From a virus, in the IMG/VR virus record IMGVR_UViG_3300022744_000014, positions 1-39,066 of that record: a DNA stretch of 39,066 nucleotides. One strand, given 5' to 3'. Made by a program: the position numbers and the translations under genes. This document shows positions 33,681 through 39,066 of this stretch, in pieces. Within the stretch, counting starts at the first letter, position 1. Every line of letters begins with the position of its first letter. The notes beneath the pieces were generated by a model, which was not told the origin of the DNA, ran no database searches, and saw nothing but the letters and a program-made list of their open reading frames with translations.

Positions 33681-34150
33681 AGACCAGCCAAGTCGGCCGC
33701 GACCTGATCCAAGGTTTTGAGCAATGCAGGCTAGTCGCCTATCCCGACCCCGGCTCAAGCAACGGAGTCCCGTGGACATGCGGATGGGGGGCTACAGGGC
33801 CTTCAATCGGCCCCGGCACAGTCTGGACGCAGGAACAGGCAGACGAACGCTTTGATGAGGATTTGAGCCAATTCGAGTACATGCTGAACAACGCCTTGAC
33901 GACTATCGTGACCCAAGGCCAGTGGGACGCGCTGATTTCCTGCCTCTACAACGTCGGGCCTGGCGGGAAGAACAAAGACGGCATCATCCGGCTGAAGTCG
34001 GGCGGGCCGTCTACGCTGCTGCGGCTGGTGAATGCGCGGGACTTTGCCGGGGCGGCTGCGCAATTCGAGCGGTGGATATCGCCGGGTTCGTCTGTCAGCA
34101 ATGGCCTGTTGCGGCGGCGCAAGGCTGAGCGCAAGGTGTTTGAATCGTGA
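33677..34150 (+). CDS. Endolysin, glycoside hydrolase family 24 (T4/lambda-type lysozyme)
   Basis: GRDLIQGFEQCRLVAYPDPG...WTCGWG (catalytic E-D-T arrangement); QWDALISCLYNVG. Confidence 0.85.
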   Translation: MKTSQVGRDLIQGFEQCRLVAYPDPGSSNGVPWTCGWGATGPSIGPGTVWTQEQADERFDEDLSQFEYMLNNALTTIVTQGQWDALISCLYNVGPGGKNKDGIIRLKSGGPSTLLRLVNARDFAGAAAQFERWISPGSSVSNGLLRRRKAERKVFES

Positions 34151-34190
34151 TCGTCTGCCCCCTCCGCCTCGGATCGCACGACATCAGCGC

Positions 34191-34688
34191 GTGTCAGAGG
34201 TGGCGCATTCCGAAAGGCTGGCTGTGTTCTCTCTGCAAGCAAGGCTAATCGCGCTCATCATGCTGGCGGTGTTTATCGCTGGCGTGGGCTGGAAGGGCTA
34301 TCACAGCGGCTACAAGGCGCGAGACTTGATTGCGCAGGCCGCGGCAGCAGAACGCACAGCGCAAGCCCTAGCGGCCTCCGAAACCAACCGCCTGCGAGAG
34401 CGGGCCATGCAACGCACGAAAGACGAGGCCATCAATGCAGCCGAGAAACGCGCCACCATATTTCGCCGGGATGCTGATGCTGTTGCTGTTGAGCGCAACG
34501 GGCTGCGCGACGACCTCGCCGCCAGCCGCAGTGGCATCGCCGCAGCTTCCTGCGATTCCGTCCGTCGATACGCAGCGACTGTCAATTCCGTATTTGAACA
34601 ATGTGCAGCAAGACTTGAAGAGGTGGCGGGAACAACTCAAGGCATCGCCTCTGACGCCCGCACCTTGATGGATGCGTGGCCGAAGTAG
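34191..34688 (+). CDS. i-spanin (Rz-like); start uncertain (GTG 34191 or GTG 34200)
   Basis: N-terminal TM LIALIMLAVFIAGVGW followed by a charged helical periplasmic domain; follows the endolysin. Confidence 0.65.
   Translation: MSEVAHSERLAVFSLQARLIALIMLAVFIAGVGWKGYHSGYKARDLIAQAAAAERTAQALAASETNRLRERAMQRTKDEAINAAEKRATIFRRDADAVAVERNGLRDDLAASRSGIAAASCDSVRRYAATVNSVFEQCAARLEEVAGTTQGIASDARTLMDAWPK
34435..34668 (+). CDS. o-spanin (Rz1-like) lipoprotein, fully embedded in the +1 frame of the i-spanin gene
   Basis: MQPRNAPPYFAGMLMLLLLSATGC lipoprotein signal with Cys, then a Pro-rich mature part; GAGG SD before ATG 34435 (alternative ATG 34471). Confidence 0.6.
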   Translation: MQPRNAPPYFAGMLMLLLLSATGCATTSPPAAVASPQLPAIPSVDTQRLSIPYLNNVQQDLKRWREQLKASPLTPAP

Positions 34689-34943
34689 TCAAGTCCCTGC
34701 GCGGATAGCGGCGGCAAGATATTTCACGGAACTGCGCACAATCTGCCAAGCCTCGTCTGCGGTGTAGGTGCGCAAAGGCTCCAGCGTCATGTATCGCTGT
34801 TCGTCCAGCACCTTAGCCGCCCGCTCGGTGGCTGCTTGCCAAGCCGCCCATGCAAGCTCTGCGGCAAAAGGCTCATACTTGGCTTTGTACGGATCGCGCA
34901 ACGGCGGGTATAGCCACGCCTCAAACGCTTGTCGTGTGTCCAT
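34689..34943 (-). CDS. Hypothetical protein, 84 aa; last gene of the leftward unit
   Basis: ATG 34943 with AAGGAG SD; its stop abuts the spanin stop. Confidence 0.55.
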   Translation of the reverse strand: MDTRQAFEAWLYPPLRDPYKAKYEPFAAELAWAAWQAATERAAKVLDEQRYMTLEPLRTYTADEAWQIVRSSVKYLAAAIRAGT

Positions 34944-34969
34944 GCTATCGCTCCTTGGTGGGGGTGCGG

Positions 34970-35827
34970 CTACGCAGCTATGCGGTAGTCTTTTTTGATG
35001 ACGCCCGCGCCGTTACCAGCGCCAACTACGGCAGCATTTACCCATATTCTGCGGCCATCAAAAAGCCTGCGGATGTGCCCGCGCCTTAGATGCTCCCTTG
35101 GCGACCTGTGACCATTGGCGCATCCAATATGATCCGTCGCCTCTTTGCTTGGCTCTATAGTCAGTATGTGATAGGCGTCAAACGGCAATGCCGCCTTGAT
35201 TTTTTTGCCTTCATTTTTTGGGGCACTTCTTTCAATGTGGACGTTTGAACATTGCAGCACATTCAAGAAACACAACAGGGCACCAAGTTCGTCCATGTAA
35301 TCCGACATCGGCACGGACTCATTCATCATTTTTACTTGGATTGGAACTCCTAGATGGCCTATAGTTTGGCTTCTATCAAGGTAGTACGTAGTCGGTATGG
35401 CGCATTCTGGAAGCACCCGCCACTTTCCATCGTGCTGAGTCCAAAACGCAACCGTAATGGCAATCCAATCATCGCGCTCTCTGGCAAAAACAATGCGCTT
35501 TGGGGCGACGATAAAGTTATCGGCTTCGTATTGTGCAACGCCATTTAAGTAGCCTATAGGGGCATCTTCTTGGCGGGTTTTCCCGCTTGTGTTGTATTCC
35601 AGTGCTATGTATGGGTACGGCAGTCGCAATGGCTTTTCCTCGTCTAAAGCCCGAAATTGGAGGTCTTCAAACAGCCTGCCACCATGCGGCAAAAGAAATT
35701 TTGTCGATGCCCCGTGCAAGTCCACAATATGACTCATCACCGAGCGCAACTCGGCCCCAATGCTTGGAACCTCAAGCATTTGTTTGCAATATTTAGTGAG
35801 TTGCCGCGAGTAATTCAGATGTTCCAT
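34970..35827 (-). CDS. Hypothetical protein, 285 aa, in the low-GC island
   Basis: ATG 35827 (MEHLNYSRQ); the track ORF extends to a TTG at 35914 but that extension overlaps a better small ORF; no recognised domain. Confidence 0.55.
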   Translation of the reverse strand: MEHLNYSRQLTKYCKQMLEVPSIGAELRSVMSHIVDLHGASTKFLLPHGGRLFEDLQFRALDEEKPLRLPYPYIALEYNTSGKTRQEDAPIGYLNGVAQYEADNFIVAPKRIVFARERDDWIAITVAFWTQHDGKWRVLPECAIPTTYYLDRSQTIGHLGVPIQVKMMNESVPMSDYMDELGALLCFLNVLQCSNVHIERSAPKNEGKKIKAALPFDAYHILTIEPSKEATDHIGCANGHRSPREHLRRGHIRRLFDGRRIWVNAAVVGAGNGAGVIKKDYRIAA

Positions 35828-35969
35828 TTTTTTCCAGCATCGCAAGTATTGCCAACATATCGTGCTCCCAATTTGGCCTAAATTGCGGCCATTCCGGGCA
35901 GTGCATGAAGTCAAGAAGCAGTGCCTGAATCACGCCCGCCTGATCTTCGGTTAGTTGAAGAGTGACCAT
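35793..35969 (-). CDS. Small ORF, 58 aa, in the low-GC island
   Basis: Hand translation MVTLQLTEDQAGVIQALLLDFMHCPEWPQFRPNWEHDMLAILAMLEKNGTSELLAATH; overlaps the next gene start by 35 nt; no strong SD. Confidence 0.35.
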   Translation of the reverse strand: MVTLQLTEDQAGVIQALLLDFMHCPEWPQFRPNWEHDMLAILAMLEKNGTSELLAATH

Positions 35970-35986
35970 GGTTATGCAGCAACGCC

Positions 35987-36008
35987 GCAGACGCGATGCA
36001 GACGCGAT
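35987..36008. repeat. Perfect tandem duplication of the 11-mer gcagacgcgat
   Basis: 35987-35997 equals 35998-36008; lies in the 93-bp gap upstream of the low-GC island. Confidence 0.9.
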
Positions 36009-36062
36009 CCGCGCAAGTGGTTGATTCTATTGGGCATGTTGGGCTGTCGGTTGGGCACCGAG

Positions 36063-36374
36063 TCATCCCCTGCCCTCCATGACATCCTCAAGCACAGCCC
36101 GCGCCCCTTCCGGCCAGTTTCCTGCCATGCGCAGCGACTCGGTGATTGCTACCCGCAGCCCCTCCACCTCTGCCCGCAGAGCATCGCGCTCGGCGGTGAG
36201 GTGGTCTAGTTCAGTCGCGTATTTCTTCTCCGCGCAGGGCCGGCAGCAGCATGCCCGCTTGTCCAGATCGGCCACCGTTTGCAAACAGATCATGCAACGG
36301 CTCATGTAGCCACCCGGTGCGTAGCCGTAACGCTTCAGGTGCAGCCAGTCGGGCCGTTGCGTCAGGTCATCCAT
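36063..36374 (-). CDS. Cys-rich hypothetical protein, 103 aa
   Basis: ATG 36374 (MDDLTQRPDWLHLKRYGYAPGGY); CMIC...CCCRPC cluster, then a coiled-coil segment. Confidence 0.5.
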   Translation of the reverse strand: MDDLTQRPDWLHLKRYGYAPGGYMSRCMICLQTVADLDKRACCCRPCAEKKYATELDHLTAERDALRAEVEGLRVAITESLRMAGNWPEGARAVLEDVMEGRG

Positions 36375-36643
36375 GGTCGTCCCCAAGAGTCGTATTCAAT
36401 CTCTGCAGCCGTTGGTTGCAGGGCAAGGAAAAGCCAGTCCCGAGCACGCGGTGCAAAGTCAGCCCATTCCCTTCCAGCATGCTCTACCTTGCCTGCCATA
36501 GGGCCTTCTTTGGTGCATAACATGCCGTAGCTCCCCATGTTCCCATGGAACAGGTCATACAGATGCGCCACGGCGGCATTGACATCTGGCGGCAAGGGGG
36601 AGAACGTGTGGTTGTCGTGCATGTAGTAAATGCGGCGGCTCAT
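36362..36643 (-). CDS. Hypothetical protein, 93 aa
   Basis: ATG 36643 with AAGGAG SD (MSRRIYYMHDNHTF). Confidence 0.55.
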   Translation of the reverse strand: MSRRIYYMHDNHTFSPLPPDVNAAVAHLYDLFHGNMGSYGMLCTKEGPMAGKVEHAGREWADFAPRARDWLFLALQPTAAEIEYDSWGRPWMT

Positions 36644-36843
36644 GGCTTCTCCTTGAGTGCTGCACGGGCAATGCTGCAGTGATCCCACACCGAGCTTTCG
36701 ATGATCTCTTGCAACGCCTCCCGCAGCGCCTTGTTGTCGGCAGCACTCACGGCGGCGGCGTGGGCAAGCATCTGGTCGGCTCTGTACCTTGGCGGGCCAT
36801 CCATCGGTAGGCGGCAATCAGGCTCAGGCAGTGGCACTCTCAT
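36640..36843 (-). CDS. Hypothetical protein, 67 aa, with an N-terminal PLPEP motif
   Basis: ATG 36843 with GGAG SD; ATGA overlap downstream. Confidence 0.5.
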   Translation of the reverse strand: MRVPLPEPDCRLPMDGPPRYRADQMLAHAAAVSAADNKALREALQEIIESSVWDHCSIARAALKEKP

Positions 36844-37130
36844 GGCTTCTTTCTCCATGCATAAGGGACTTGTCCACGACGGGTGCCCGCCCATTCGTCG
36901 ATGGCTGCTTTACCATCTTGCATCCACGCCGCGTACAGCGCAGGAACTTCTGCTACCGGCACATCTTCTGCGTCCGCTGCTCCTGCGAACACGTCGTTGA
37001 CATTGGCCGCAAGGGACAGCCCCGTCCAGTCTTTTGTGTCTTGGTCGTAGTTGCTCCAGAAGCAAGTGTCATCGGCGCACATCTCTGACGCCATGCGCCA
37101 GACTTCAGGATCATCGGTTGCAAATTTCAT
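36840..37130 (-). CDS. Hypothetical acidic protein, 96 aa
   Basis: ATG 37130; ATGA overlaps at both ends. Confidence 0.5.
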   Translation of the reverse strand: MKFATDDPEVWRMASEMCADDTCFWSNYDQDTKDWTGLSLAANVNDVFAGAADAEDVPVAEVPALYAAWMQDGKAAIDEWAGTRRGQVPYAWRKKP

Positions 37131-37360
37131 GTCTCCCCCTCAATGCGCATGGCTTTGATGCGGTTGTAGGAATCGGCCTTGGCGGCAAACCATTCATCGC
37201 GGTAGGAGTCGTCGGGCTGTGCTGCTTGCGCCGCATGCTCCAGCGCCACCCGCATGGCCTCGCGCTGGATGTTTTGGATTTGCTTCTCGGTGTAGTACAG
37301 CGATTCGGGCCATGCAGTTGTTCTTGCGATTGGCTCGGGCAACTTCGGCAGGGGGATCAT
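37127..37360 (-). CDS. Hypothetical protein, 77 aa, with an N-terminal LPEP motif
   Basis: ATG 37360; AAGGAG upstream. Confidence 0.5.
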   Translation of the reverse strand: MIPLPKLPEPIARTTAWPESLYYTEKQIQNIQREAMRVALEHAAQAAQPDDSYRDEWFAAKADSYNRIKAMRIEGET

Positions 37361-37548
37361 GGCTGCTGCCCTCCTTGCTTGATCCGCTCCATGTGAGAGA
37401 AATACTCGCTTGGCGTTGCGTGGTGTTTGTAGAGGTCGCGCAGCAGCGGCATGGACAAGTCCGGGATGGACTCCAGCATGACCTCGGCGTATCGGCCAAA
37501 CTCTGAAGACTCGGCTGCGGCCTTGGCAATGATGGTTTCGCGCTTCAT
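37357..37548 (-). CDS. Hypothetical protein, 63 aa
   Basis: ATG 37548 with AGGAG SD. Confidence 0.5.
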   Translation of the reverse strand: MKRETIIAKAAAESSEFGRYAEVMLESIPDLSMPLLRDLYKHHATPSEYFSHMERIKQGGQQP

Positions 37549-37889
37549 TGCCGCCCTCCTTGCTTGATGCCGTGGGCTGCTTCTGTTTCTCTGATAATTG
37601 ATCGCAGTACGTCTAGGTTTGCCAGTATTCCAACGCGCCGAAGTATTGCGTCAGCTTGCTCATCACTCAGCGCCACGGGCGGCGGGGAGGATGGGGCTGC
37701 TGCGATCATGGCGCGGTATTCGTCCGCTGATACTTGGCCCATCCACTTGTCGGTGCGGTCAGGGTCGTCGCCATTGCGAATGATCTCCACTGCACGCAAC
37801 AGCCGCTCACGCTTGGTGTGCCGTGCGGCCTCGACCATCTGCTCGGTTGGCTCCACCGGCACCAGCTTCCATCCATCTGGTATGTTCAT
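37545..37889 (-). CDS. Hypothetical protein, 114 aa
   Basis: ATG 37889 with AAGGAG SD (MNIPDGWKLVPVEPTEQMVEAA). Confidence 0.55.
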   Translation of the reverse strand: MNIPDGWKLVPVEPTEQMVEAARHTKRERLLRAVEIIRNGDDPDRTDKWMGQVSADEYRAMIAAAPSSPPPVALSDEQADAILRRVGILANLDVLRSIIRETEAAHGIKQGGRQ

Positions 37890-38254
37890 GCTTTCTCCTT
37901 CGGGGGTTGTGGCAGAGGCATCCAGTGGGTGGGCCTGCACAGGTCAAAGTCTTCTGCACCTTGGTCTGCCAAACACCAGCCCCACATGGGAACGTGGCTG
38001 GTCTTGCCCCACGACACAAGCCGAACGCAACCGTCAACAACCGCCATGAAGCATTTGTTTTTCGGCGCAGTCTCAATCGGTTGCCATTGCGGCACAGCAG
38101 GCGCAGGGGCGGCGAGGAATTCGGTAATGGCGTTGCACACCGCAGTTCCCTTTGCTTTTTTCCATGCTTCGGGAGTTACGTCGTAGTTCGATGAATTGCC
38201 AAGACAGTCCAACGCCGTCAAAGCCTGGCGCAGCAGTTCGGTGGGGGTGGTCAT
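37886..38254 (-). CDS. DUF551-like protein, 122 aa
   Basis: ATG 38254; WQPIETAPKNK...THWMPLPQPP matches the DUF551 pattern. Confidence 0.55.
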   Translation of the reverse strand: MTTPTELLRQALTALDCLGNSSNYDVTPEAWKKAKGTAVCNAITEFLAAPAPAVPQWQPIETAPKNKCFMAVVDGCVRLVSWGKTSHVPMWGWCLADQGAEDFDLCRPTHWMPLPQPPKEKA

Positions 38255-38460
38255 GTCGCCAGCCCCCTGGACGGCAACCACTGCGCAACGTCAGCCCCAT
38301 CGCGCACATACGCAGGACGCAGATCAGGGTGCGCAGGCTCCCATGGCTGATGTGCGATAGAGCGTGGCGGCACCTCATCGGGATGCTTGGTGCGCGGCTT
38401 CCATTCAAACTCTTTGCCTAGCGCCACTCGGGCGCGTTTGGATAGGGTGTGGTTTCCCAT
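38251..38460 (-). CDS. Hypothetical protein, 69 aa
   Basis: ATG 38460, 2 nt after the recT stop. Confidence 0.45.
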   Translation of the reverse strand: MGNHTLSKRARVALGKEFEWKPRTKHPDEVPPRSIAHQPWEPAHPDLRPAYVRDGADVAQWLPSRGLAT

Positions 38461-38462
38461 GG

Positions 38463-39066
38463 TTATGCGGCTACGGTTTCGTTGAGGGATGCGCCATGCT
38501 TTTTCAGGGCGCTGCGAATGTTGGAGGGCAGGAGCTTCCAGAGCTTTACCTTTTCGTCGCCGTCAGTGATGCCGATGTACTCGCCATAAGATCCGACAAC
38601 GTCACCCGCATTGAACAGGTCAACAACGGCGTTAGCGACGGCTTCTACAACTGCCTGCCTGTTGCTGGCCAGTTGGATGTCAGGTGCTGCGGCAAACACC
38701 GGAACTGGCTGCACCGCCTGCAATTTCTCCTCGGCAATTGCCGCCAAGCCCTCGCCGTTCTCCTCGTTCAGATGGTGAATGGCAGTCTCCAGCCGGTCTG
38801 TTTTGGGCCAATATTTGTATGCCTGTTTCACGCAAGTCTTTTTGACCATCTCGCCCTCGTCGGTGCCCCACGGCCCCGGCGACTTGGCTTTCTTGGCAAT
38901 CCAAGATTTCCACGCCTGCGACCTGTCCCGAATTGCAATGCACTCGTCATAAGTCATGGTGTGCGTGAGGTAGTCGCCGTCCACGGTCTTGATGGTGCAG
39001 TACACCCCGACAACCTCGCCTCGATCCTTGCCAAACGGGTTGAAGACGTGCGTAGGCGGTTTGTCT
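38463..39066 (-). CDS. recT: RecT-family single-strand annealing protein, C-terminal part (continues from 510..1 through the end overlap)
   Basis: In frame with the 510..1 segment; DGDYLTHTMTYDECIAIRDRSQAWKSW...EMVKKTCVKQAYKYWP is typical of the RecT C-terminal core. Confidence 0.8.
   Translation of the reverse strand, partial: DKPPTHVFNPFGKDRGEVVGVYCTIKTVDGDYLTHTMTYDECIAIRDRSQAWKSWIAKKAKSPGPWGTDEGEMVKKTCVKQAYKYWPKTDRLETAIHHLNEENGEGLAAIAEEKLQAVQPVPVFAAAPDIQLASNRQAVVEAVANAVVDLFNAGDVVGSYGEYIGITDGDEKVKLWKLLPSNIRSALKKHGASLNETVAA
38940..39066. repeat. Terminal direct repeat, copy B (identical to 1..127)
   Basis: Direct letter-by-letter comparison. Confidence 0.95.

Overview
The window is a complete, closed genome of a GC-rich tailed dsDNA phage. 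Its unique length is 38,939 bp: bases 1-127 are identical to 38940-39066, so the ends overlap and recT is split across them. Coding density is very high, with many ATGA/GTGA start-stop overlaps. Two divergent transcription units leave a control region at about 3750-3885. (i) A leftward early unit on the minus strand runs from 3749 down to 1, wraps to 39066 and continues to 34689. It carries many small ORFs, a pentapeptide-repeat protein with an unusually uniform 15-bp repeat array, NinB, a Ref-like HNH nuclease, RecT, a DUF551 protein and a low-GC two-gene island. (ii) A rightward unit on the plus strand runs from 3886 to 34688. Its early part encodes a Cro-like HTH protein, a MazG-like protein, an SNF2 helicase-DNA methyltransferase fusion, a DUF1376 (YdaU-like) replication protein with internal iteron-like repeats, a minimal C5-methyltransferase-like protein and a VRR-NUC-like nuclease. 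Its late part encodes TerS/TerL, a GNAT, portal, a five-gene insert (glycine-rich protein, 21-aa-repeat protein, SGNH esterase), scaffold, P22-type coat, a beta-helix tailspike, gp4-like and gp10-like proteins, an antisense HNH-AP2 homing endonuclease, a cupin, three ejection-type proteins, a tail fibre and a holin-holin-lysozyme-Rz/Rz1 lysis cassette, which implies a Gram-negative host. No integrase, CI-type repressor, DNA polymerase, tRNA, rRNA or CRISPR array was seen. All family assignments come from motif recognition by eye and gene order; no database search or numerical computation was run.
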